A DNA stretch of 51,797 nucleotides, counting the filler, from Piptocephalis cylindrospora (Eukaryota), in the NCBI GenBank assembly GCA_003614145.1. It is 2 parts of 2 records of this genome, joined end to end, with 100 filler letters (N's around TTAATTAATTAA, not from the genome) between each part and the next. Parts side by side here need not be neighbours in the genome. Positions count along the whole stretch, not along the records: positions 1 to 25,866 come from KZ987774.1; 1 more part is not named here. One strand, 5' to 3'. Of the stretch, positions 1 through 12,306 are shown piece after piece. Below the pieces are notes generated by a model. The model saw only the letters and a program-made list of their open reading frames with translations. It did no database searches and was not told the DNA's origin. Position 1 is the stretch's first letter; each line of letters starts with the position of its first letter. The translations under genes were made by a program, and so were the position numbers.

Positions 1-18
1 GAGGGGAGGGACAGCAAT

Positions 19-89
19 CCCCCCCCCCCCCACCCCCCCACCCCCCCCCCCCCCTCCCCCCCCCCCCCCCCCACCCCCCCCCACCCCCC
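19..89. repeat. Poly-C tract with (A/T)C7-8 interruptions
   Basis: Seen directly. Similar G/C runs occur at ~186-202, ~3654-3672, ~3857-3876 and ~50215-50245. Confidence 0.9.
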
Positions 90-755
90 AAGTTCCTCCT
101 CAATTTCCTTCAGAAACACGCCCCAAACAAAATATCATGAGTCGTGTTGGCGTTATCTCCTTAATACCCCCCCCCCACAGAATGCGGGGGGGGGGGGGGG
201 GGGAAGGGAGAGTTTCACACTAGCGATAGCATGGACCATCAGAGACACACATCCACACTGAGTTCCACCGCTCTGCGTGTTAGACACTGAAGTACCTAGA
301 GATTCGGGAGGTGTCACAGACATATGCCATATCGGACACTCCAAGTCGTCATTGACCAGCTCCTCCGGACTTTCAGCCATTAAGGATCGATGAATCTAGT
401 AGTGACTAGGTGGTTCCAGATGAATTGAGCACACACGAGTCTACTGCGTTTCAGAAAGCCATGTTTACCAAGACAGTATAGTAAATGGCACCTACGACTA
501 ATCCTCGAAGTCATTTGCATTTGCCCTTTGTATTCACAAGTATAAATAAGAAATCGGAAGGCCCTCCTCGCTCGCATTACGCATCCTCACTTCACCACTT
601 TCATACTTCCTTACCACCATCGCCGTTCCCTTCAAAGGCTCCTGCGCTTTCCTTGTTCATACTATATCCACCAGCGATTTTCTCTCCCTCTCCAAACACA
701 AAAGTTGAATCAGGTCTGATTATCACACCCTTAACTTACAAACTTCTCACACACC

Positions 756-3652
756 ATGTCTATCGATCCCGAGCGCTTCACCGAAAAGACCGTATCCACG
801 ATTAATGATGCCATTGCTTTGGCCAAAAAGTATGGTAATTCTCAATTGGTAAGTCATCCTTGAGGATGAGATTTGAAAATCACTGTTGATATATAAATGC
901 TAAAATCACATATCCCCCTCGATAGGACCCTGCCCATCTAGCATGCACCATGTTGGATGACCCGGAGAAGCTCTTTGTAAACACCATCCAAAAATCCGGG
1001 GGAGAAGAGAAGTCAGTGGAAAGGGCTTTTAAGAAAATCCTCGTCCGCCTTCCTTCCCAAGACCCCGCTCCGCCGGACTTGACGATGGATCCGGCGACAA
1101 AGAAGCTAATTACCGATGCGCAAAAGATGCAAGAGGACCAGAAGGACTCTCATGTGGCCATTGATCACATCATCCTGGCCCTGGCCCGGAACCCTAAGAT
1201 GGCCGAGGCTCTAAAGGAAGGAGGTGTAACCCCTAGAGCTCTGGAGCAGGCCGTGAAAGATCTCCGAGGGAACCGTCGTGTGGAGTCCCGAACGGCAGAG
1301 AGTAACTACGACGCTTTGAACAAGTACGCTATTGACATGGTGGGCCTTGCCTCCAGTGGAAAGATTGACCCAGTAATTGGGCGAGATGAAGAGATTCGCC
1401 GGGTGATCCGAGTACTCTCACGTCGAACCAAGAACAACCCGGTGTTGATTGGTGAGCCTGGTGTGGGTAAGACGGCGGTAGTGGAAGGCTTGGCTCAGCG
1501 AATTGTCCGAAAGGACGTTCCAATCAACCTCCAATGCCAACTCTACTCTCTGGACATGGGAGCGTTGGTTGCTGGGGCAAAGTACCGAGGAGAGTTTGAG
1601 GAGAGGCTCAAGTCAGTGCTCAAGGAGGTGAAAGACTCGGAAGAGGGGATCATTTTGTTTATCGACGAGATCCACCTGGTTCTCGGGGCAGGCAAGACCG
1701 ACGGGGCCATGGACGCGGCCAATCTTCTAAAGCCTATGCTAGCTCGAGGAGAGCTTCGGTGCATTGGTGCCACCACCCTGGATGAGTATCGGCAGCATGT
1801 TGAAAAGGATGCAGCCTTTGAGCGTCGGTTCCAGCAAGTTAGGGTAGGAGAGCCCTCGGTTCCTGACACGGTGAGCATCCTACGTGGGATCAAGGAGAAA
1901 TATGAGCAACACCATGGTGTGAGGATCTCGGACTCGGCTCTAGTGGCGGCAGCCAATCTCTCTAGTCGCTATATCAGTGGTCGTTTCCTACCAGATAAGG
2001 CTATTGACCTAGTAGATGAGGCGAGTGCATCTCTGCGTGTTCAGCTGGACTCCCAGCCTGAGGCCATTGATCAACTGGAGAGGCAACTTCTTCAGCTGGA
2101 AGTAGAGTCAAAGGCCCTGGAGAAGGAGACCGATCAGGCCTCCAAGCAGCGGCTCGAAGCCGTCCTCATGCACATGTCCGAAGTGAAGGAGAACTTAAAG
2201 CCCCTGAAACTCCGGTACGGGATGCAGCGAGGACGTTTGGATGAGGTGCGGAACCTGCGGGTCAAGCTGGATGAGCTCCGGAACAAGGCAGATGAAGCGG
2301 AACGGCATTATGACCTGAGCAAGGCCGCTGATCTTCGGTACTACGCGATCCCAGATGTGGAGAAACAGCTCCAGGATCTCGAGGCGCGCAACGCAGAAAG
2401 GGAGAAGAATCGGCAGCAAGCCGCTAAAACTGGCGAAGGAACGGGCATGGAAGGGGAAGCCGAGGAGGAGGGGGGCCTCCTTCCTGAGGTAGTTGGACCT
2501 GAGCAAATCACCGAAGTGGTGGCCCGGTGGACGGGGATTCCGGTTCAAAGGCTTTCCCGAGGACAGTCCGAGCGTATTCTCGGTCTGAAAGATCGTCTGG
2601 CAGGGCGAGTGATCGGGCAAGATGAGGCTGTGAATGCGGTAGCTGACGCGGTACTCCGCAGCCGAGCTGGTCTTTCCAGGGAAAACCAGCCTACTGGATC
2701 CTTCCTTTTTCTCGGCCCCACTGGTGTGGGAAAGACTGAGTTAGCCAAGGCCCTAGCCGCCGAATTGTTCGACGATGAGAAGAACATGATTCGTATCGAC
2801 ATGAGTGAGTATATGGAGCAGCACTCGGTAGCCCGTTTGATCGGAGCTCCCCCCGGCTATGTAGGCCATGAGGAAGGGGGTCAATTGACGGAGGCAGTTC
2901 GTAGGCAACCCTATTCGGTTGTATTGCTTGATGAGGTGGAGAAGGCGCATTTACAGGTGCTGAACGTGCTTCTAGAGGTCCTTGATGACGCTCGGTTGAC
3001 GGATGGCCGTGGAAGAGTGGTAGACTTTTCCAACACGGTCATCATCCTCACTTCGAATGTGGGCCAAGAATTTCTGTTAGCTGCAGCCGCGTCTATCTCA
3101 TCCAACCCAGAAGGCGGTCTTCCCCAGTCGGTGAAGGATCAAGTTTTGGGGCAGGCCAAACAGCATTTCCGTCCCGAGTTCCTCAATCGCCTGGACGACC
3201 TTATTGTCTTTGGTGGTTTGTCCAAGGAGCAACTAAAGGGCGTGGTGAGATTACAGGTGGCTCGTGTGGCCAACCGTATCCGCGAACGCAGTCAGGTAGA
3301 AGTGCATGTGACGGAGGAAGCAGTGGAGATGACTCTAGAAAAGTCATACGATCCCATGTACGGAGCTCGGCCGATCCGACGATACCTGGAGCGGGTGATT
3401 GTTACGGCAGTGAGCCGTATGATTGTCAAAGGAGAAGTAACGGAGAACGGTTCAGTCGAGGTGATCCCTACTGTCGGGGCCAAGGAAGATCCCTCAGCTG
3501 TGGGGATCGAGTGTATTGTCGTAGATCCCGGATCCGCTAGCCGGGAGGGGAGCATGATGTCGGATGGGGCCATCTCGCGAGCCTCTGGCATGAAGCGTCC
3601 AGTTGAAGAGGACGACATCATGCAGTATGATAGTGATGATGATCCGATGTAA
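756..3652 (+). CDS. HSP104: Hsp104/ClpB AAA+ disaggregase (exons 756-848, 926-3652)
   Basis: Two Walker A motifs ([16 protein letters not shown]), [25 protein letters not shown] and GARP. A 77-nt GTAAGT..TAG intron joins [12 protein letters not shown]... in frame to the 950..3652 ORF. Acidic C-terminus. Confidence 0.96.
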
Positions 3653-3888
3653 GGGGGGGGGGGGGGGGGGGTGTTAAAATTTCACAGGGGCACTTGGGGG
3701 TTTGGGGTTTTTTTTTTTCCCCTTTTTTATTCGCTCTTTTTTTTTTTTTTTAAAAATATTTTTTTTTTTTTTTTTTTTTTTTTACAAGGAAGAGGAGGAT
3801 ATGAGGAAGGCTGCGTGGTCGACGGTGTAAGGACAAAATGATTTTATTCAATGGGAGGGGGGGAGGGGGGGGGGGGAAGGGTAATTAA

Positions 3889-4727
3889 TTAGATCGCCCC
3901 TTCATTCCGTAAAGACTCCATAACCATGGCATGGCACATCTTAGCATATGGGTTCTCGGCAGTGGCAGCGGCCTTGGCCAGGGTGTGGCCATATTTTGCA
4001 CCCATTTCAAAGTCACTAGCCGAACCCTCCTGATCCCCCATTTCTTTCCTTAGGATCGCTCTTTGCGTGTAAGCCTAGTTAAATGATAATGGTAATAAGT
4101 AGAGGTAGGGGGATGGGGATATTCCGTGATCTCTTGATCAAACAACTGACCTGGCGTAAGATTCGCTTATCCCCATGTGCATGTTGAATGGCCAAATTCA
4201 AGGAATCAAGAGCAATTTTGGATTTCTTGCTCATACGAAGGATCTGGGCCTTGTTATTATAGGCAGAGGCGTACGTTGGCTCAAGAGATATGGCTTGGTC
4301 ACAATGGTGCAAAGCCGTGTCAAGGTCGTTGTTCTCGGCGGCTTTGATGGCCTTTCCCTCCAAATCCTGGAGCTGTTTCAGTCTTTCTGGTGTAAATGTC
4401 GTCGTAGTGGTATCCTCCGTGTCTTAGATAATGAGGCCCTTAGTTAGTTTCCTTTCATCCAGCTAGATTGAACAATCAAGATGATTGCTTCATCTATAAA
4501 AGAATTTACCTTTCTCAGAGAGTGCGGGGATGTTCTGGTTCTTCGAGATATCGGATTCGACCCATTCACCTAGAGAAAAGGATTGTGGTGTGAGGACACT
4601 GAAGGCACAGTGAGGATTCTCCTTTAGCAAGCCCCTTACCGCCATTCATGACCATGTCCAGGATAGCCTGATCCCTCGAGGTCATCTCTGTGGCTGGTCT
4701 GGCTTCTTGTGAAGTGGGGATTGACAT
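3889..4727 (-). CDS. TPR protein, TTC36-like (introns ~4570-4639, 4423-4509, 4075-4150)
   Basis: TPR sequence AISLEPTYASAYNNKAQ. The spliced C-terminus AYTQRAILRK...ENPYAKMCHAMV resembles the TTC36 family end. The N-terminus has DQAILDMV. Canonical GT-AG sites give one frame. Confidence 0.8.
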
Positions 4728-5243
4728 GATAGTGCGGGTGTTAGGCAAAGGAAGAGGAGGAGGGATGGGTGTAGAAAAGGAAGAAGGCAAGGTATACAAG
4801 AGGAAAAGGCCGGTGTGAAAGCAATAGCTTATACTTGAGCGTATACCATGTCCGTGAGAAAGCAGGTTTTAATGTGGCGCATAATTATGCACTAAAGTAT
4901 GCCTGCTCACAAGGCAATCCTGTCTTATGACTGGGTGCACCCTCCCTGGCATGCATCTACGACAGCTTATTTGTCAAGGAGAGAATGCAACATCGTCCCA
5001 CACATTCCGAGCCCTTCCCATCATGAACAAGCGCTATTATTATTGCCTCCACTCATCGAAATAGAAGAAATGAGTGAGGCTCAAGGCCATTCTATCCTTA
5101 TAGCTCCCATCTGATCGTCCCATACACAGACTCAGTGGGTGTCACTTATGGCGTAAGCACCGCCATTCATCGCACCAGGGAGCAACGACAATGTACGCTT
5201 GACGTCGTGCATGCATAGAGTCAACGAATCTCTTCCAGGCAAT

Positions 5244-5432
5244 TTAGTCCTCATCCCTCTCCTGACCTGACTTCCTGAAAGAAGCGGGCTCTTCATGTAG
5301 AGTAACCTCACGCCGTCTTGTGGCTTCTAGCCTCGCGCTTCGAAGTGCACTCCGAACATATAGCCCAAGGATAAGGGCCATGGTGAAGGCAGCAGCGGGA
5401 GCCACGTAGTTTTTCCGCGTAAACAAGGCCAT
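5244..5432 (-). CDS. Small (62 aa) single-pass membrane protein, hypothetical
   Basis: ATG start, a hydrophobic helix VAPAAAFTMALILGLYV and a basic amphipathic tail. It sits alone in an intergenic gap. Confidence 0.55.
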   Translation of the reverse strand: MALFTRKNYVAPAAAFTMALILGLYVRSALRSARLEATRRREVTLHEEPASFRKSGQERDED

Positions 5433-6170
5433 GAGGATGAAGTGGGGGAGTAGTAAGAGAGGGGATTGTACTTTACTTTCTATACATGAGCGTCTGGGGC
5501 AGAAGAAGGTGGGAGGTGATGCATATCAGAGTGAAGATGAATGACGCGCCCCTCTATTCCATACGTATCCTGATACCATATACCCAATCCTTATTTCATT
5601 ATTTTGGTCAATTTCACCCAAATTGTCTAATGACAGATATGGGATCCTCTTTGGTCGATTAGTGGAGGCATCGTTGTTCTAGCTGTAGACCGCCGACCGA
5701 TAAAGCGATCGGATGGAGTTAATTCCCTTTTCCTATATCTTCTCCTATTTTCCCCTACCTTTTCCCCTCAGACTTCGTATAACTGAGAGTACTATGATTC
5801 CAGTACCTTGCCTCTCCTCGACCTACATATCACATGCTGTTTCCTGCGCTGGTATTATATAGTAACTGACCTCCCAAACGGCGATGAACCCCTTGTTGCA
5901 TGTATAGCTGTGGAATATTCTAAAGGACCCGTCCTCATGTACTCGTCCCTGGATATACATGGATGGATGGGTGGGCCAAAGGTAAAACTTGAGGGAATCA
6001 GAGGGTATAAACAGAAGGAGTGGCGAGCCTCCAAGGAACCACCATCACTTGCTCCCTCATTCAACCTATACAACTTTCCCAACCTAGCTCTGTCTCAACC
6101 TAATACTACAAATTCAGCTGGTCTGTCTGTTTATCCTCACCACCATCACCATCGTACCAGTCCATTAAAC

Positions 6171-6440
6171 ACGTCTCTCACCACCCGTACTCTGACCACT
6201 CTTATCCTTGTCGGCATCTGCCTGACCGCCTTTACCATTGGATCCCCTGTACTAGCCGAAGGCGATGAAAGCAACGCAGAAAAAGGAGGCAATGAGGACT
6301 CCGAGGGCGAGGAGAAGGAGGGATTTGGGGGATTTTTAACGCAGCTGAGGACGGCGAAGGATGATAATGAGAGGAAGGCAGGGGATAAGAAGAAGAATAA
6401 GTGCAAAGGATTTTCAGTTATCGTCAAGGAACTTTGCTAA
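6171..6440 (+). CDS. Putative small secreted protein or peptide precursor with ACG at the expected start position (or a pseudogene)
   Basis: Signal-peptide-like SLTTRTLTTLILVGICLTAFTIGSPVLA, an acidic spacer and a C-terminal CKGFSVIVKELC. TATAAA at 6006-6011. Confidence 0.45.
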   Translation, partial: TSLTTRTLTTLILVGICLTAFTIGSPVLAEGDESNAEKGGNEDSEGEEKEGFGGFLTQLRTAKDDNERKAGDKKKNKCKGFSVIVKELC

Positions 6441-7580
6441 GCCGGGAATTTCCCTCAATTGTTCATCAAATAGTTCCCGTGATAAATGATGCGCAGAAAT
6501 CTCACTTTACCCTAGCTATACATTTCGCTGTTTACTACTACTACTTTACCCTAGCTATATCCCATCAATCCATGACGTAGTACCAAAGGGTATGTGAGAT
6601 GTTGTTCCTGCATGAGTATCTTTGTACTGAAAGCTAGTCTACATGATCCATCTCATGTACTCAGGCTCTCATACTGCTTCCTGGACGAAATACAATGATT
6701 TCTTGATCTTTTCTCCAGCTTTTGACTCGAGCTCATGTGAGGGGAGTGTCTAATGAGATCACAAAAGTGAAAAGTAGAGATACAATGCAGCATTTCTGTG
6801 CATTCAGCTCCTCTATAAAAGCTGGCTGAATCAGTGCAGACTAGGCTAGATGAAACGTGCTCATCTTCTCCCCTTTATCCCACACCATACTCTTCATTAG
6901 GTTCCCTTATTATGACGATTAAAGTCAAAGGAGCCTCACCATCAAGCACTCTATTCGGAGAGAAACCCGTGTTGCCATCTTTGCCTTAAAAGATGCGCTG
7001 ATGTATGCATGAAAGCATAATGTGTCGAGTCAAAGTCTCTGTAATCAACGCCTTTAGATTCCACTTTTTAAATCGAAAAAGATCGGATATCCCCCTTCCA
7101 GTATGTGTTACTGATGCAGATACTTGCCCTGCAGAAGATTGAGGCTTTTGCCCAAGTAACTCAGTGTACACTTTGCACTGTGTAGTCATGCCACAGAGAT
7201 GATTGATCTCCCCAGTCACATCTCTCTCATATCTTTCACAGTATGGGGGATATCAACAGTCTCTCCTGTCCTCTTCCTCCCCCATTCTATCACCCCGCTT
7301 CGTCACACGCACTCAACTCTTCATCAGCAGACTCCCCAAGATACTGATTATTTGGATGCCCCTTGCCATATACACTGGCATTGTACAGAGAGGGATGGGA
7401 GAAAAATTCGACATAAATCATAGTATCTCAGCCCAAGGGTGACAAGGTATCTCTTCTAAACTCCCTCCCTATCTCATCTCTACATTCTTGGCGTAATAAC
7501 AGCAGCAGGACATCAAGGATATTACTGCCTCTCCCGTACATTCTTTACCCCTTTTTACCTAGAACTTGGCGCTTTTAAGG

Positions 7581-9793
7581 ATGCTCAGTATCAGGACGCT
7601 TTCGCGGATGAGTCGCCTCCAGGGTCGAGTCATTGGTACGCCCCGGTCACCCTTCACCTCCTCGGCCTACTGCCTTCGCGGACAAAATCTTGTGGAGCGC
7701 ATTACCCAGCGGTACATGGTGGACTCTGATCTGGGCAGACCGGTGTACGCTGGGGATGTAGTGTCCATCTCCCCTGAGCACATCCTCACCCATGACAACA
7801 CTGGAGCCGTGATGAAAAAGTAAGTGCGCTCTGCTAAGCGATTATTTCCTCCCCCTCTCACCAGGCTCTTTTTGGCGCTATCCCATCTAGATTTGCTAGT
7901 ATCGGTGCGTCCAAGATCCTTCACCCCACTCAACCAGTCTTTGCCTTGGACCATGACGTGCAAAATAAGAGCGAAGCCAACCTCCACAAATACGCGTCCA
8001 TTGAGCATTTTGCCTCGCGGCAACACGTTGACTTTTACCCAGCGGGTCGAGGGATCGGACATCAGATCATGGTAGAGGAGGGTTACGCCTTTCCAGGGAC
8101 CCTGACGGTGGCCTCAGATTCGCATTCGAACATGTATGGGGGTATTGGGGCTCTGGGTACCCCGCTGGTCCGAACGGATGCGGCGGCTGTGTGGGCCACA
8201 GGCCGAACATGGTGGCAGGTCCCGCCGGTGGCTCGGTGTGAGCTCAAGGGTAAGCTTGCCCCAGGGGTAACGGGAAAGGATGTAATTGTGACATTATGCG
8301 CGATCTTTGGCAAGGATCAGGTGCTCAATCATGCCGTGGAATTCACTGGTGAGGGAGCTGAGAACCTCAGGGTGTCGGATCGTCTGGCCATCGCCAACAT
8401 GACCACAGAATGGGGCGCTCTGGCTGGGGTTTTCCCGGCCGACGGAAAAACCTGGGCCTGGGTTCGTTCCCAAGCAGAGAAGGCCGAAGAGGCACGGAAG
8501 GATAAACGGGCTACATCGACGATCCCCTCCACCCCTACCTCCCTTTCTGCCCCGCATCCCCGACTAAATGCTCAGAGGATTGAAGAGGCGGAACGTGAAG
8601 GTCTCAAGGCCGAGCAGGACGCCTATTACGCCAAGTATCTGGAGATTGATCTGGGTTCCATTGTTCCAGCCGTCTCGGGGCCCAACTCGGTCAAGCATGC
8701 CCAGCCAGTCACGAGCCTCCGAGGAACTCCGGTTCATAAGGCCTATTTGGTGTCATGTGTCAATTCCCGGGTGGAGGATATCAAAGAGGCGGCCGAGGTA
8801 GTGCGGGGCCGTAAGGTCCCCCCCGATGTGGAGTTTTACATTGCGGCCGCTAGTAGTCGTGTTCAGGGAGAAGTGGAAAAGTCCGGGGACTGGGGAACCC
8901 TCCTAGACGCCGGGGCCATCCCCTTGCCCGCAGGATGCGGACCATGTATTGGACTAGGGACAGGCTTGCTCAAGGAGGGGGAAGTGGGGATTTCGGCGAC
9001 GAACCGAAACTTCAAGGGGCGTATGGGCTCCCTCAAAGCCTTGGCTTATCTGGCATCTCCCTCAGTAGTAGCGGCGTCAGCCGTGGCTGGAAAGATCACC
9101 GACCCTACCGAGCTGGCCTCCCCCACCGGTCAGACCACTTCATCTTCCCTCACTAAGCCCGAGGACATTGGAGCCACCCTTCGGACCTTCCCTCCTCCTC
9201 CACCGCTTCCTGCTACGAGCGGGAAAGGCGCTGGGGCTGTGTCCGCATCTTCCCCTTCGGGATTCCCCCCTCACTTGGATGGGGAGGTTATCTTCTGCCC
9301 GGCCGATAATCTCAACACGGATGGAATCTATCCTGGAAAGTATACGTATAAGGATGATCTGGTGGCCGCGGATATGGCCAAGGTGGTGATGGAGAACTAT
9401 GATCCATCCTTTGCTGGGTCCGTGCGGTCCGGGGATATCCTGATGGGAGGATTCAACTTTGGTACAGGATCCTCCAGGGAACAGGCAGCCACGGCGCTCT
9501 TGGCTTCTGGAATCCGCTGTGTCATCGCCGGGTCCTTCTCCGAGACATATAAGCGAAATGCCATTAACAATGCTCTGGTATGCGTTGAAGCCCCTGGCCT
9601 CGTCAGACATCTTGCCCAATCCAGTGAAGGAAAGGGTCTGACGATCCGGACGGGCCAACAAGCCAAGGTCCATTTTGCCCAGGGGATGATCGAATATGAT
9701 GGGCAGGAGTGGGCCTGTTCTCGGGTGGGTAAGGCGGCCCAGGAAGTAGTTGGGGAGGGAGGTCTGGAGAACTGGGTGAGGAGGAGAATTTAA
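7581..9793 (+). CDS. LYS4: Mitochondrial homoaconitase (exons 7581-7819, 7891-9793)
   Basis: Motifs HDNTG, DHD, GRGIGHQIM, ASDSHSNMYG, SCVNSR, GCGPCIGLG, TNRNFKGRMG and GSSREQAA. Arg/Ser-rich presequence. One 71-nt intron. Confidence 0.95.
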
Positions 9794-10468
9794 GCCTGAT
9801 TTTGAGAAAATATATGATTTTCAAGGAGGCGCTAAGTTCGTGCGAGATACCCTGGGATTGTCAGAGTATGAACCCCTCTCTCCTCATCATGTAAGGGGGA
9901 TGGTCATTTTGATGGGGTTGTCATTATTATTGTGTGGTGTCCAGGGATGGACCATCACTTATCCTATCCAAAAGCCTCAAACCACCCTTGTAAAAAGCCT
10001 TGTGCAATTAAACCATCTAAAATTGAGATGAACACCCACACAAAGTCACATCACGGTATGGTGTGAATGTGTGAGTAAATAGTATGGGCCCTTTCTTGCC
10101 CCCATCTCTCAATTTGCTTGGTCAGCACCATCTCCCTTCATGACCCGACCGGGCAGACCTTCACCTGCCCCCGCTTTTGGAAGGAGAGCATGTGTGTTTG
10201 TGGGCCCCTAGCCCTGCCAGAGACTCGCCATCTCTCCGGATCAAAAAATGCGCCGGGAGGTATAGAAATAAATATCAGATAAAGATAGGGCACATTATTC
10301 AGTTGCCTCCGGCCACTTTTCTCCTCTGTACCTCCTCCTCTCCATCCCTCCTCCCACCCTGTATTCCACAGTCCCCCTTCCTTTACCGGCCTCGGTCACT
10401 ACAATAAGGCCCTTTTGATACTTCTCCCATCCTCACGTTTGTACCCTTGTCCTCCAATATTAGCCCCA

Positions 10469-12142
10469 ATGTCACGTTTAGAGCCGGAAGGCCCCCCGCC
10501 GACCTTGCCCTTTGAACACGGTCCGTCCGAGGAGAATGTCCTTCGCTTCGGCGAGTATCCCTCTGGGGAATCCACCCTTCACTCAGAAAATCACCGGTCA
10601 GGAGAGTCTACCCCTCGACTGGAAGATTATCCCTCCGGAGAAGAGGTCCCGCTCTACATTGAATGTACGTCTGAAGATAGGGATTTCCCTTCTGGGGATA
10701 CCATCCAACCTTCCTCCCCCTCCAGGATGGGATACACGACCTTTCCTCGGCCCAGTGCCTCCCCACTCCCTCTCAGGGCTCCGGAAGTCACACCACTGCC
10801 CATCAAACCCATCAGCATCCTCTTACTAGCACGATCTGGAGAACCCATTGCCTTCACTATCCTTTTCCCATTTGTCTACTTTATGGTCCGGGACTTTTAT
10901 CTCTATCCTGATCCCAAGCAAGTCGCCATCCAGGTGGGCTGGGTTGCTTCGTCCTTCTCCTTGGCCCAGATGTTTAGCGGTCTCCCTTGGGGTGCCCTCA
11001 GTGACCGCATCGGCCGGAGGCCCGTCATCCTCATGGGCCTCATGGGCACCACTCTGTCCATGCTTCTCTTTGGTTTATCTCACTCCCTAGTATGGGCCAT
11101 CTCCACTCGCATCATGTGTGGTCTCCTCAATGGCAATGTCGGCGTGGTTAAAAGCGCCTTGGCTGAGCTGACTGATGAAACCAACCAAGCCAAGGGCTTT
11201 GCTTTCCTCCCCATGATCTGGGGACTTGGGAGTGTCCTAGGCCCGATGATCGGTGGGTTTCTTTCCAATCCGGCCCAGGTCATTGGTGGTCCCTTTGACA
11301 CAGCCTTTTGGCGTGCTAATCCCTACTTTCTCCCATGCGCTACCGCTGCCTCGGTCACATTTGCGGGATTTCTCGTCGCTTTCTTTTTCCTGGAGGAAAC
11401 CATGCCGTCCAAGCCTCCCTCGCCCAGGATAGAGGAAGGAGATTGCTCTTCTGAGGGGAACAGCGAAGCCTCCTCCCTCCTACCCAAGCCCATCTCCCCC
11501 TCCACGCCTTTACCCTCATCCTACATTGCCTCAATCTTGCCAAAGGCCTCAAGGCCTGCCGTGGCATGTCTAGTAGGAGTATCCTTCCTAAGTGTTGTAT
11601 CTGATGAACTTTACCCTCTATGGGCAGCAGCTCGATATGATGTGGGTGGACTTGGCTTTGACACAGGTCGGATTGGAATGAGCCTGTCCGTTGGCGGCCT
11701 CACCATCCTTCTCACTCAACTACTCCTCTTCCCTCGGCTTGAAAGGCGCCATGGAAAGCATGCCATCTTTCGCATCTCTATGGCTTCATACTTTCTCATT
11801 TGGCTTTTCCTGCCTCTTGTGACCTTTCTCGTGGATACCCCATGGATGTGGCCATGTCTTTTGCTCCTCGTAGCCCTTAAATCATGGGCTGGAACGTTTG
11901 CATTTGCTAGCGCCAATCTCATGCTCGTTGATGCAGCCCGTCAACTTGGCGCCCTGGGCAAGGTCAATGGGAGCGCCCAGTGCCTGGTGGCTTTAGGGCG
12001 GACCATTGGACCAGCCATAGGAGGCTTCACCTGGGGGCATTGCATTCAAAGTAATCTACCCTGGCCGCTGGGGGCCTCCATCTCATGGTGGATCCTTGCC
12101 ATATCCTCCTTATTTGTAGCTTGCCTATCTGGCCGGTCATAA
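10469..12142 (+). CDS. MFS transporter (DHA1/ZIFL1/YCR023C-like)
   Basis: Motif A WGALSDRIGRRPVIL, GLLNGNVGVVKS, GPMIGG and about 12 hydrophobic segments. Confidence 0.92.
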   Translation: MSRLEPEGPPPTLPFEHGPSEENVLRFGEYPSGESTLHSENHRSGESTPRLEDYPSGEEVPLYIECTSEDRDFPSGDTIQPSSPSRMGYTTFPRPSASPLPLRAPEVTPLPIKPISILLLARSGEPIAFTILFPFVYFMVRDFYLYPDPKQVAIQVGWVASSFSLAQMFSGLPWGALSDRIGRRPVILMGLMGTTLSMLLFGLSHSLVWAISTRIMCGLLNGNVGVVKSALAELTDETNQAKGFAFLPMIWGLGSVLGPMIGGFLSNPAQVIGGPFDTAFWRANPYFLPCATAASVTFAGFLVAFFFLEETMPSKPPSPRIEEGDCSSEGNSEASSLLPKPISPSTPLPSSYIASILPKASRPAVACLVGVSFLSVVSDELYPLWAAARYDVGGLGFDTGRIGMSLSVGGLTILLTQLLLFPRLERRHGKHAIFRISMASYFLIWLFLPLVTFLVDTPWMWPCLLLLVALKSWAGTFAFASANLMLVDAARQLGALGKVNGSAQCLVALGRTIGPAIGGFTWGHCIQSNLPWPLGASISWWILAISSLFVACLSGRS

Positions 12143-12306
12143 AGAAATCAAGAAAAAGTGATACTAACAACAATAGAGACAGTCTATATTTTACCCTACT
12201 TTTCCTTGATCATAGGATTGTCTTACTATATCCTGAAGGGTAGGATACGGCAATGGTATCTTTTGCCTGTCTCTTTCTCGCATTCTCCAGCGCCCAAAGC
12301 ACACGT

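Noticed and set aside
19..202. Poly-C/poly-G tracts as telomere or functional G-quadruplex
   Set aside because: No regular repeat unit, such runs occur throughout the window, and homopolymer lengths are unreliable.
300..755. Heat-shock elements upstream of HSP104
   Set aside because: No clean nGAAnnTTCnnGAAn array found. Only a TATAAAT at 541.
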